Of a DNA stretch of 64,000 bases, positions 1-39,580 are shown piece after piece. Each line of letters opens with the position of its first letter. Position 1 is the first letter of the stretch. The notes under the pieces were generated by a model. It saw only the letters and a list, made by a program, of their open reading frames with translations, was not told the DNA's origin and did not search any database. The position numbers were made by a program, and so were the translations under genes. This DNA is from Raillietiella orientalis (taxonomy: Eukaryota), in NCBI GenBank assembly GCA_036172245.1, contig JAYWIR010000001.1, forward strand, positions 8,618,001 through 8,682,000, in the 5' to 3' direction.

Positions 1-1314
1 GCATGAGTAACGCACGTTACCAGGGACAACACGGACGTTGTAGAATGGGACTTAGAAAGGGGAAGCAGCGCGCGGAGGAACGCAAAAGGGAATGAAATGG
101 ATTTTGATCACTGGAGTAATGGACATCGAAAACGACATGAAGCAGCCATAACTAATGAAATGGATGTCGACAGCCTCCGGACCGGATGCAAGTCGAGTGT
201 GAGGAGGTGCCGAAAACCGGTGACGTGGATGCCATCGAGGTGCGGAGCAGACGTGGACGAGTCGTGGAACAGATGCCCGTTACGTCCACGCACCGTGGAA
301 CGAGCAGCAAGTGTCTGCGTCCATGGGGATGTCTCCGGGAGGGAGGGTCTCTTGGAGGGTGGTCGGAACAATCGGGTTTCCGAGATCCGTGACTCGCGCG
401 ATCCACGTGCATCTGCTCGCGGAGATGGCGACTTCTGGTCCAGCGTGGTGTCTCGCCGTAACGGAACGATCCTGCGATCGAAAGCGGAGCTCCCTTCCCG
501 TCCCGAACGGCAAGAGGACGACGAAGCCTGGCGACGACGCGGAATTTGCCGGTCCCTGTGTGGATGGAAGGAGTCTTTCTCCCACCGGGAGCTGGTGCGT
601 GCGCATCCCCTCCCGCCATCTTTGCCGTGCGGGAGTGGCAGGGTACCTCCGACGCGGTGTTGAGCGTGGAGCCAGGCCCACCCTGCCCCACTGCAGGAGC
701 ATCTCCGGACGGGGAATTCGAGTCCCGGATCTCTTGCGGGCAGGAGAGGACACCTGCTGGTGCCGCAACGGCGGCCTCGCTACTTGGATGCCGGCAGAGC
801 CCAGAGGGCTTTTTCGGGCTCTGAATCCGCGACGGACCGCACGTAGGGCAGCTGGAAACGAGCTAGCTGCCGATGCGCGTGGGAGGAAGAGGACCGGGTC
901 ACGTGCCTCTCGTCGCGGGCGCGGAGGGCCTTGACGATGCGGGGAGCCGTCCCACCTCCAGGCACTCTGCATTCCATGCTCTTCGCTGGGTGATGGTGGC
1001 AGCTGTGGGGAGGGGAGGAAGGGGGTGAAGAGCTGATCCGGAGCGTGACGAAGGCATCGTCATCCCTGAGCGCGTCTCCGGTCGCCCGCAGCGCTTCCTC
1101 CGGTTCACGGGGAAGGGACTCGCCCCCCTTTCAGGTGAATGGGGGTCTTCGCGTTGCTTTCGCCCTCCAAGGGGGCCTTCCATGGCAGGTGTTTTTGCCG
1201 AGAGCCTCGAGGCACTGTGGGTTGCGACGGCGACGAGGTCACCATTTTCTCTCCGTCCATCCTTCGGCTTCAGGACCTCCCTCCTCCCATGCTGGTTGCT
1301 CCGCGATCTTGTAG

Positions 1315-29207
<27,893 letters not shown>

Positions 29208-29285
29208 TCCCTCTTCCTCCTCCTCCTCCTCATGTGAGACGAACGTCGCGAATGTCAGCAGAGGTCACTGGATAGTGAGGTTTGT

Positions 29286-29291
29286 AATAAA
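29286..29291 (+). promoter_or_regulatory. Probable ALK polyadenylation signal
   Basis: AATAAA ~80 nt after the ALK stop, followed by A-rich tracts. Confidence 0.5.
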
Positions 29292-29889
29292 AGAATGCTC
29301 GAAAAAAAAAGTGACAAAAAAAAAACTCCGCGGGAGCTCCCCTATCCCGTTTAATCTCGGTTTTTCCCTCCCCCTTCTGGCGACCTCTGGAAACGGAAAG
29401 TCGGAATATTCTTGCATCCGCAGCTACTGCTGTGGGAACCTGCGCTGCAGACGCGAACGAGCCCGGCCAAGCGGTGCGAGCGTCCCTTCCGACGATGTCA
29501 TTGCTGAAGGGGGAGCAGCAAACGATAAGGAGCGGAAGGGGAGGAGGTTCCTTTACCATTGCGGCAATAGAACCGTCCTCATTACTATCTCGTCCTGCTG
29601 ACGCCCGGCAGTCTTCAGAAGGGTCGTTTCATCTCAACCTGCGGTCTCCGGTCGACGCTCCCTAAAGACCCTGCTCCGCCAGGTCCGTCTGCGAGGAGGC
29701 ACGTTCGATGCCGGAGGCGCTCCGGTTGAACGTCGATGAGCTGACGAGGAGCCATCAACGACCTGCGAACCCCTGGCATCTTTCCACGCTCGAGCGTCTC
29801 TCCGAGTGGCGCTTCGCTGGCGAGCACGCCGAAAAACGCACAGGACTTTTCCGAGGTTCCGCACGGTTTCCTGGGGGCTCCTCGTCCTC

Positions 29890-30850
29890 GCCAGGCTCAG
29901 CGCGCCTTCCGCCTCCCGTGTGACAAGTCGGCAGAAGTCGCTGAAATGTCCGTCGCAAGGGATGCCAGCGAAGACCAGAAGATCTTCAGAACCTTCCTCC
30001 GTATCCCCGGCTCGTAGGGTCCAACAGCGAGCTCTTTCGCGCTGGCTCCAGCGCTCCTCCAGAGACGAAAAGGAGGGCCGGTCTTGGGCATTCTCTGTCC
30101 CCTTCCACCCAAGCTACTGTCAACTTCCCAAGGAGACGGGCGGCGTCCCGCGCAGTGACTCGTCCTTTGCTTCGGAGGGCGACTCGGGTCGAAGCTTGGA
30201 TTCCGTCTCGGGAGCAGGCTGGCTGGAGGTCAACAGCTCCCCACGCTCCAGGGCGCGGCGCATCGGGATTGTCTTCGCTCCTGTGGAAACCGTGCTTCTC
30301 TCTGCATTGGATTGGACGAGGGCAAGGGGTGGGGGTCGTGCAGCAATTTAGGGGCAAATCTTTAACGACGACCCTCGGGTCTATGTCGTCCGCGCTGCCT
30401 TCATCCCACCTCGACCTCTTCCGGTGCTGGCGCTTGCTGCGCTTGCCGTCGAATCGCCCTGGACACGAGCTTTCCCAAATCTTTTCCTGGAGAAGAGGCC
30501 TGCAACCCCTTTGTGGCAAGCAACGTGAGGGCAGGAGTCCTCCGGTGAAGTCCCAAACGGCGGGACCCTCCCAATTCAGCTGGTTCCAAACAGCCCACCG
30601 GCTGCGAAGCCCCCTCAGCCCTTCCCGCCACGGCGGAAGACTCTAGACGTTCCCTCGTAAGTCGACGCTGGGATATCCATCTGCCTCCCTGCCGGGACAC
30701 TCGACCTTTCTTCTTGGTCGGCCATCGGTTGTTTGGAAAGGTCTGATGCATCTTCCTGACAGTTCGCAGCCTCCAGCAACGCACCTGATTGAGGGAGGAG
30801 GGGAGAAAGGTGGTTTCCATGGTATCCTGTTTTTTGTGCGATCTGGTGTG
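29890..30850 (-). mobile_element. Eroded Ty3/gypsy RT-to-RNase H relic
   Basis: Ordered frame-shifted motifs RRLTRERLESSAV...ALTLLAT / PQRG...WESSCPGRF / SADDI / SRDGIQAS...TARDAARLLGKL / LATDISATSADLSHG match the gypsy RT core, connection and RH start. Confidence 0.55.
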
Positions 30851-31014
30851 ACTGCTTCTCCGAGAACCTGTCGCCTAGCGGACTTCTCTGGGAGCGATTC
30901 AAGGCCTAGTGGCACTAATGCGTATTGGTCAGCTCCATTGCATCCATGAATCGGGATGTTCTCGTCCTGTCTCAGACACCTCTTGGTGCCGTGAGTGCCG
31001 AAGGAGATCGAGTA

Positions 31015-31123
31015 AATATAATATATATGTATTTGTTGACATTTGTCTCTATATATTTACACACACACATGTATATATATACATACATGTGTGTACATAT
31101 ATGTACATACATGTACATATATA
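31015..31123. repeat. Compound TA/TACA/CA microsatellite
   Basis: tatatatgt...acacacacatgtatatatatacatacatgtgtgtacatatatgtacatacatgtacatatata abutting the LINE 3' end. Confidence 0.9.
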
Positions 31124-31616
31124 CGGTGGTTTTTAACCCGAGTAAGCCGGGGCTTTTATTATTAAAATTTTTACAAATCAAAAGTTCATAATAAAGTCTT
31201 GTCTTTTCAAAATCATTAGAGTTTTTTTTTTTTGAGTCAAAAGACAAAGTTCTGGCTGTCTTAAGGCACCTGTCCTTAGCGACCCTGAGACCGGTAAGGT
31301 CCTCTCCATTGGTGAAGGGGCGGGAAAAACAGAAGAAAAAAAAAGAAAAACGCCTGAGGGACAATATTTAAGGGTAGGGTAGGGAAGGGATCTCGGTACG
31401 CCGTGGGGAGGCCTCTGCATCCGGTCTTGGATGCGAACAAGTGCCGGCAGAATTTTTCTTAGTCAGCGCCAACGGGAAGCCTTCTCCATGGAGATGACAG
31501 CCCAATGGATGCATTCCGACTCCTTCGGCCTCGCCTTGACGCGGTCCACTTATCCAGGATCCCTCGTATGCAGCAGAGAACTGCGACACACGCGGCGGCT
31601 GGCATGGCGTCCCTCA

Positions 31617-34600
31617 TCAGGAGGCGACGAAAATGTTTTTGGGGTCGCCCCCCGGAATGTTTAGGAGCGACAAGAGTCGATCCCACATCTGTCGGAGAGC
31701 AACACACTCTACTATCAAGTGGGGGAAGGTCTCCCTTTCCCCGCACTCTGAACAATAGGCATCCACACTCCCTGAGGACCAGTGGAAGAGGCGTGCTCTG
31801 CAAAGGAGTCCCCAAGGGAGCACTAGCAGCGCCGTCTCTTGCCACTCTAAGGGGAGAGTGCCGTTGTCCCACCGCGTTGGGGGCCACTTCACCTCCTCCG
31901 GAGGCATATCGAGCAGCTCGCTCCAGCGCACAAGTCCATTCGGCGGGACACTCGGAGTTCTAGAGTCCGCTAGTTCCCGGGACGTCCACGCCTTTATGAG
32001 TTTTTTTCTGCCTCCGAGGAGGCAGGACACTTCCCACGATGCCTCCTCTTGGCTGTCCCTAGCTTTTCTCAGGGAGGGCAGCACGGGGGCAAGGAGGGTG
32101 AATGAAGCCCACAGAAGTTTCCGTGGGTTGGAAACGATCTCCTGCAGGGGCTGGCCAGCAATCCTGCCTCTACGGAGGCAGAAGTCCACATCGCTGGAAC
32201 CGTTGATCTTTGCCCACGCGGAAACGGACTCCTGGAGCCAGGTAGTCCAGTACGCGGGGACGCAGGAGATCCACGGGTTGTCTCTCACCAGGGCAACCAA
32301 GTCCTGTAGCTGAAACCCGCAATGGTTAAGGCTACGGTCGTTAGCCACTAGGATTGAGGTCAATCCATAGCAGCCGATTGCCTCGTAGGCGAGGAGTCGA
32401 GTGGGCGCACACCAAGGCGCAGTCCAGTATTTCGCCACAGGGGCGAGTTTCCTAATTTGGAGCTGACGCTCTATGCGCTCCAACGTCAGGAGACCAAGTC
32501 CACCGTCCCTGCGTGCAGCGCACAAGTCTTTAAGTCGGACGCGGGACCTCCGGTTGCCCCAAAGAGCTTTCCTTATGAGGCCCCTTGTCCGTGTCCTGAT
32601 TTGAGGAGGGGCAGGACAAACAAAAAGTAAGGAGCTAAGGAGGGGGGGCGCGAAAGCGTTCCACACCGCGGCCCATTCCTGCAAGTAAAACTTGCCGTCC
32701 CGGAACGGGCCGATTGCCAACTCCACCTTTTGAAGACGGTCGGACCAGGCGTCTGCAGAGCAGAAGTCCTCCAACGGAACGCCAAGGTACTTGAAGGACT
32801 CGCCCGTGGGGATCCCCAAGCGGATCCAGTCCGACCGTCCTGCTCGCGGCGAGTCCGTGAATATGATTGACGACTTCGTCCTGTTCACCTCCAGGCCTGT
32901 GTCGCGGCGGAACAGCTTGAAGAAACCCTAGAGCACCGATGCCAGGGTGGACCCAGGCAGCAGTAGCAGAAGGTCGTCGGCATAGGCCGACACGGCAGGC
33001 GTGCCGGGACACGAGCTCGGCAGGGTTGCCAAAGTCTCCCTGTATGCTCTCAGCACCAACTCAAAGTAGATGCTGAAGAGCAGGGGGCTGAGGCTATCTC
33101 CCTTCCAGATGCCACGACGAGCCGGCACGCCGTACACGTGCCGGCCGCTGAAATTAATGTTTATGTACGCGAAGCGCCAGCAGGAACGCAGGTAGGCCAG
33201 GAAGACGGCCGGAAATCCCATGCGCTCCAGAAACTCCAGAAGGAGCTCCTGGTCGACACAGTCTAAAGCTTTACGCAAATCGACTGCGACAGCAAGGGCT
33301 CCGGGCGCCACTTCTCTCCGTCCGCCTCCCTCCCTCCGGTCAGTGGAGAGTCCAGAACTCTCCCGACCTAGCTGCGCCTCGCGTTGTTGAAACTGCCACC
33401 AGCTGCTGGCGAGAAACAGGTTGGCCTCCATGGTTCGTTCGGGAACAGCGTAAGTCTGTTCCGGACTGACCACGGATTCCGCTACCCATCCCACTCGCTC
33501 AGCCCAGAGCTTGGCAAGCAACTTCGCGTCCGCATTCACTACAGTGATGGGACGCCAGTTGCCAACGATACGCAAGTCTCCTCCCTTGGCGAGGAGACGT
33601 ACTCTAGCTGACGGGAACGAGTTGGGGACATCCCCACGTTCACGGATCAGCATGCATAATTTGTGCATAATTCTGCCGCGAAGCATTGATAAAACTCCGC
33701 GGGCAGCCCGTCCTCCCCTGGTGCCTTCCGCCTCTTGAGCCTTTTGATCGCGGTGATAATTTCACCGGTCGTAAAAGGCTCGTCGAGGCTTTCCCTCTCC
33801 TCCTCCCCTATTGCCGGGGCTCCGTCCGAGAGCAGCAGCCGCGAGGCGTCCCGCTCGGGAGGCGCCCTGGTGTATAGGGAAGAATAAAATTTACGCACGA
33901 TGTGTTGTGCCGGAGCCGAGTGTTCCTGGTCCTGGTCGTCCAGCAGGGTGGGCGACCCGGACTGCCAGGCTTGGAGCTCAGCCCCGGCTCGGTACTCGGC
34001 CAGGCGACGGACGTTGGGGGTCCTCGCGTAACGACGGGCGTGTAAATACGCCCTTTCGTTGCGATTACCCTCCCCAAACCCGGAGGGTAAGCGCCCCAGA
34101 GGGAACTCCTCGCAGAACTCGCAGACCGAGAGCTTGAAGCAGTCCCAATCCTCGAGATTCTGGAGGGTGATGCCTCAGGAATTGGCGGAGATGATCCGCT
34201 GCACCTGGGAGCCTCGTCCAATCCCACGGCAGACGCCACGCCCTGGGTGGGGGTCCCTTATCACTTGGCCATACATCGAATATCAGCCGGAAATGGTCGG
34301 ACAGCGTCGACGGAAGCCTTCCTCGTTTTCCGACTACTGCACACAGGTCGTGGTCGGGGAATACGTAGTCGATGCTGTGCTCCATTTCCAGGTCCTCCTC
34401 CATCAATTTGCGCGCACGCATGGCGGAGCGCATCTCGATCGGCGCGTTCTTCTTCGTGCAGCACGCACCTGAGAGCAGGCGGAGGTTAAAGTCCCCGGCT
34501 ATCAGGTGGACCTTGTGCACTCCTGCATCAGTCAGCCATTCGCGCTTTAGGTAGTGGAAGAACTGAGTTCTTTCCGCGTACCCTTTGCTGCCGCTCGGAG

Positions 34601-36065
34601 CATACACGTTGGTAACGATGAGATCGATCGTGTCGGACCAGCATAGCATCATCTGTCCGACACGACCGTTATCATCGAAGCGCACGTTCCTTACGGAAGC
34701 GTCGACGGCTAACTTTACAAAGAACGCGACACCGAAGGTGTTGAGGCCTCCTCATCGCCTATACAACCGACCAAACCCCCTTGAAACCTCTCTACCGGCT
34801 CCTGGTAACCCACGCATGGACCTCCTACCACCCAACGAACTTTGAAGCCTGGCGGCAGGAATCGTTGCATGCCTGGGCAAAGCAACAGGATGTTTCGCTC
34901 TTGGAACTCCGTTGCGCTCACCTCTCCCCGTACTGCACGGTGGATGAGGTCTGGAACAGCCAGGAGAAGTGGACTCGCCTGGCCGTCACGCCCCTCGCTG
35001 ACACGCTGTCAGCCCTCCGGGCAAGTGATGGCAGTTGCCTGCCGGCTAGGTGGGAGGTCGCCTGCACCATCGCAGGAGCAACCCGACCCATAGGCGGCTC
35101 GAGGACTTGTGAGCTGGCAGACGCCGCCACGCCTCGCAACATCGCGAAGGGACTCCTTCGGTGGAGCGAACATTTGAGTGTGCCCCCCGAAGAACTTGTG
35201 GTCCTTCCCTCCTGCTCGAACACTTCTGTGTTTCCTTTGAGCTGGAAGCAGGACGTCATCATGCTGGTGCATTGGGCTTTTCACTCCAACCAGCGGACGA
35301 ACCGTGTTTCCGGGGGAGTTGTCTCCCCGAACTGTAAACGGTGCGGGGACGTGGAAACGCTCCCGCACCTGCTCCTGGACTGCGGTGCCCTCCTAGGACT
35401 GTGGCGGAGGCTGGCCTCAGCTCTCCTGCACCAGGGGGACACCGCAAGAGACTTGATGCGCCGCTTCTTCACGCCAGGCGGCCTGTCATTGGGTGCTGTC
35501 GTCGCAACCGTGTGTTGCACCCGCGCCATCGACAAGGCCCACCGAGAGTTGGAGAAGCTGGCCATCCTTCGTCAGCCCACCGGATTAGCCAGCGCAAGCA
35601 TGTCGTCGGCTGCCGAGTGGGCCCATCTGCCAGAGGACGCTAGGAGAGAGATCGCCGGCATCCATCGCCGGTTTTGAAAGGAAGGAACGGCTTTACCAAA
35701 GACCCCTGTCCCCTGCCCTCCATATTTTAATTTTTTTTTTTTATAGGAGTGTATTTGTGGTTCCCTCCCTCCCGTTCCGGACTTTCTTTATACCGACCTG
35801 CGTGTCGGGGATCCCACCCCCTTCGTCTTCTCTGTATCCTTTGTCCGGGAACTCTGTTCCCGGATAGTTAAGAAATGAACGTCCCGGCGCACCCGGGTGA
35901 GAAACAACCGACCCCCCGCGATCCTCTCGATCTCCTGGACGTCTCTTGCGGTGATCACGTGGATCTCCTGAAGGAGCGCCAGGTCGAATTCTCGCAGGGT
36001 GTCGGTGTATCTCGCCTGTTGCCGTCGTCGCGCAGCCCGTTGACAGTCCAACAGGCCACACGCAT
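31617..36065 (-). pseudogene. LINE ORF2 (APE endonuclease - reverse transcriptase - zinc finger), disrupted and interrupted
   Basis: WTVNGL, ALLQEIH, GVAFFV, NVYAP, AGDFN, IDY, SDH (endonuclease); KAPGEDGLPAEFY, NWRPITVVNADAKLLAK, DLRKALDCV, GDSLSPLLF, AYADD, KYLGV (RT); CSECGERETFPHLIVEC (zinc finger). Confidence 0.92.
34745..35875 (+). mobile_element. 5'-truncated second Tx1/L1-like LINE nested antisense inside the host LINE endonuclease
   Basis: ORF 34781-35677 carries the ORF2 C-terminal zinc finger CKRCGDVETLPHLLLDC..W, then a pyrimidine-rich 3' UTR. Flanked by TGA at 34742-34744 and 35876-35878; removing it rejoins the host endonuclease sequence. Confidence 0.85.
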
Positions 36066-36261
36066 CCGACGGCGACAGGCGAGCCCAGGGGTTATACCTG
36101 GGAACTTGGCAATGCGGCTCTCGCCACCTGATCGGGCGGGACGCTTGGAGGGGGAGGAGGAGGTGCTTCGCGCACCGATTCTCCCTCCTCCAGGGGGGTA
36201 GATTCTTCGGCAACGATGCATGCAGGGTCGGTGATCTCACCCACCTGTTCCCCTTGCTCCA

Positions 36262-37853
36262 TCAGAGCCGGTTCCTCAGCAGAGACGCCTGGAGGAGCGG
36301 GGGGGACTCACCAACCTGCTCCCCCTCCTCCATGGGGGTAGCCTGCTGCTCCGTGTTGGGGCCTGGAAAATTTCCTACCTCCGGTCCCACGCCGCCGGCT
36401 TCACCGTCGGTTGCCGGTGTTTCCTCCTGTTTATTCCGCTTGATGCGCTTCTTTGGATTGGCGGACTTCCATCCGGCTTTCTTCAGGGGCGCCGCGGAGG
36501 AGGATGTATTTCCGGAATCCCGGTCAGCATTTTCAGGCTGCGGAGCGTTCTCCGCCCTCACGACCTTACGCGACGAGGTCTCGCGGCCAAGGAGTTCGGC
36601 CACAAGTTGCTCCGCTGCCGTTCGAATTCCGCGTCCTCCATTTCGCCGAGCGCGGCGAGCTGCTCACCCTCTGTTCGCACAGAGGGTTCGCCTTCGGTCG
36701 TGGCGTCTTCGACGGAAACGAGGGGAGGGGGGGGGGTCGCTCCCCCGATGACGGCAACGATTGCCTCCACGCGTTCTAACGCAACCGAACATTCCGGGAG
36801 TTTTTCGCGGCGCGGCTTCGTTTTTTTCTTTCCGCCGGTCGCGATTTCCTCCTCTTTCGGAGACGCTTTTTCTTCCGGGTTATTCTTAACTTTTTGAGGT
36901 TTAACCAACAGCCATCCCTCCTCCTCTTCGGTTTCGTCGGGGATTTCTTTCTCCGGCGTTTCCGGTTGAGGAGCCGGCGGCTGCTTTCGCCCAGTTTTCT
37001 CCTCTTTTCTTCTTTCTTCCTTGACCGCCCGCTTTGCCTGCGCTTTTTTCGCTGCAGGGGGCATCGGGGGGGAGCGTTTAGGGCAAACCTTCCTAAGATG
37101 GCCTTTTTCGCCGCAGTGGTGACATTCGACGTACGGGCACCTCAAAAAGAGTTGCCCGATGGCATCTCAATGCCCACAGTACTTGGGCTTACCGACGTAC
37201 CAAACGTCAACTTTCTCACCGTTGACGCTTAGCTTGTGGGGAAGCCTACCGTTATCGTGTGCTGTGACACGCGCTGCAGCCATCCCGCTGAAGAGCTTGT
37301 TGTAGCTCTGGAAAACACCGGGTTTCAGCCACATCGCGTGCACGGTACCATGCTTCTTCAGCTCTCCGTGGACGGTGGTGCGTCTCATACGAAAAGTAAC
37401 CCCTGTGAGGTGGACAACAACGGATTTATCCTCCGTCACAGGAAAGATCTTACGGCCGTCCACGTTAAAGGGGGTGTTCATGAGGCGTTGAGCCAGACTC
37501 GCATCCTTGCATGTCAGCTCCACGCTCTGACCCCCGCTTAATACGGAGAGGCCGATAAGGTCTTCTTACCTTACATTTGCATTCTGCAGCGCCCTATTGA
37601 AGGAACGTGCTGCATTCCCAACAAAGACGGCACCTACCTTGTAGACAAGGGAGAGCTTGTAGCCGCTCTCCTTGTAGGCCGTCAGCTCTGCCATCGCTTC
37701 GGCACTCGGTGCTGCCACGACGGCGCTCCAGGTCCTCGCCGGCGACGGGGACGATTCCTTTGGAGCCGAAGCCCCCACCTCCACAGGTTGGAGTGGAGAA
37801 TTCCCCTTCCCCACACCTACCTTCATCGTGGTGTGTTTAGGTATATCTGCCAT
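36262..37853 (-). pseudogene. LINE ORF1 (RRM-like region plus two CCHC zinc knuckles, Tx1-type), disrupted
   Basis: One frame 37853-36558 with two in-frame stops (37566-37568, 37167-37169): VVVHLTGVTF...LKKHGTV...RLPHKLSVNGEKVDVWYVGKPKYCGH*DAIGQLFLRCPYVECHHCGEKGHLRKVCP, then a K/E/P-rich tail with a frameshift near 36600. Confidence 0.85.
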
Positions 37854-37989
37854 AGGACACCGGCGATGCTACACCCACTGACACACAAACAAAAACCCGA
37901 AAGTCGATGGCACAGGAGCGCAGGAAAAACACGTCCGCTCCGTTTAGACGAGGATGGTGCGTAAACGTGTACTGTCATCGTGAACAAGG

Positions 37990-38600
37990 ACGACCCTTCC
38001 CTCCTCTTCCCGTGTGACAAGTCGGCAGAAGTCGCTGAAACGTCCAACGCTCTCTCCTTGAATCTCGGGGAAGACTCGAAGTTCGGCTGCACCGGACTCC
38101 TCGAGACGAGGATTTGGCGCTCAAGGATTGAGAGCCCCTGAAACGAAAGTTCGAGAAAGAAGAGAGGATCGAAGACAAGGACTTTGTCTTCGGAATTCCC
38201 GGAGACGCTGAGTCCGGGAGACTGATGTGAGACAGTGCTGCATCCGCACAGAAGACGCCTACGACCGAGAGGCTGCTCGACACTGCCTTCTTCGTCAGCG
38301 TGCACGACTGCGCGCCGGAGACGCATAGGGCCCACCCCTTCCTCCCTACTCGACTCCTTTTCCTCCTCACTCCGAAAAGTGGCTTGCAGCAGTATGCGAG
38401 AGCGCACGAATGGCAAAGAATAAAAAATGGGTGGTAGGAGGGGGGAGAAGGATACGAGGACGTGCGCAGCACATGGTCAGTAGGCCGCCAAGCATCTGGG
38501 AGGATTCGGGAGCGCCGGACATTCGAATGCGACCCAAAACGGCAACCGGGGGATTTCACTTGGACGGACCACTGGGGCGCCTGCGTCCCGTCTCGAGGGA
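37990..38600 (-). mobile_element. Possible second eroded gypsy RT-RH relic, paralogous to 29890-30850
   Basis: RFGSHSNV...TDHVL...SYH, CKPLFGV, LGRRRLLCG, ALDVSATSADLSHG in gypsy motif order; shares an identical 33-bp stretch with 29914-29946. Confidence 0.35.
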
Positions 38601-39580
38601 GCGCGGCGCCCTTTCATCCGGGAGCCTTCAGGACTCCTCGGACTCGAAGTTCGAGTCATCGCCCCCGAGGTCGCCCGCCCCCCCGTGAGAGGACGAGGCA
38701 GCGGCACGGGGAGGGTTTGCCAGAAAACAAGGCGGCATCCCTACCGCTCGCCGGCACAGGGATGCTTGCTCCGGTGCCGGGATCTGTCGGCCTGGGGTGC
38801 GAAAAATGGCATGAGGACACCGCGAAGAGGGTGGTGTGCGTCAAAGTCGGGGGGGGGAGGGGACAGATATCTGGGGTCATCATCGTCCAAGATGGACAAC
38901 TGTCAGCGAGCCTTCAGCAGATAGCAAGATGGCAGAAAGCATGGGGGTGATCTCTCCCCCTTTTTTGCCACCCTGCATGGAAACTGCAGATGGAAAACCT
39001 CATTTTCGGGTGCGCTACTTCCGGTGGTCCCCTTGGTGCCACGGAACCCGGACAGAGTCCACCTACTCCGTCCAGGATCTCCGTCAGCACCGAGGAGTCC
39101 GTACCGAGGCGAGCCAGGATCTCCGTCGCCCGGGGCTGACGGAGATCCTGGCTCTCTGACGTGATCCTCCGGACCTGATGAGACGCCTCCAGAGAGCCCA
39201 TCCTTAGATTCCTCCTCCGGGAGGAATCCATAAGGAATCATCCACGTGGGCTGGAAGGGAGTTGTCTCCGAAGGTTTCTTTCTGGAGTCCGAAGAGTGGG
39301 TCCTAGAGGGCCGGACTTGGGCCCTCGCGCGCTTCTCTCAGGAGTGGATCCATCCGGGCGGAAAGGCCAAGTCGCGCCCCCTCCACCCTCACTCTCATTC
39401 TCCGCCACCGCCGCCGTCTTTCCTCATGGACCCGTGATAAGAGAGAGAGTCCCGGCGCACCGCTCCCGGGAAACGAGAGGAGACAGCAAGTTCATGCAAA
39501 AGACGTGGACGTGGTCGTGCCCACGGAGCTTCGCCCTTTCAGCCCCTGCGTCTTTCCCTTTCTTCCTGAGCGCTTCCGCC

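Larger units (their letters stand above)
31130..37975 (-). mobile_element. Near full-length, inactivated Tx1/L1-clade non-LTR retrotransposon
   Basis: ORF1 37853-~36260; ORF2 ATG at 36065 with APE motifs, then RT and C-terminal zinc finger to ~31600; pyrimidine/T-rich 3' UTR with AATAAA. Multiple stops and frameshifts. End coordinates approximate. Confidence 0.92.

Noticed and set aside
97..663. 188-aa ORF with a repeated NEMD motif (AATGAAATGGAT at 91 and 154)
   Set aside because: Faintly gag-like but no diagnostic motif; truncated by the window edge and not joinable to ALK.
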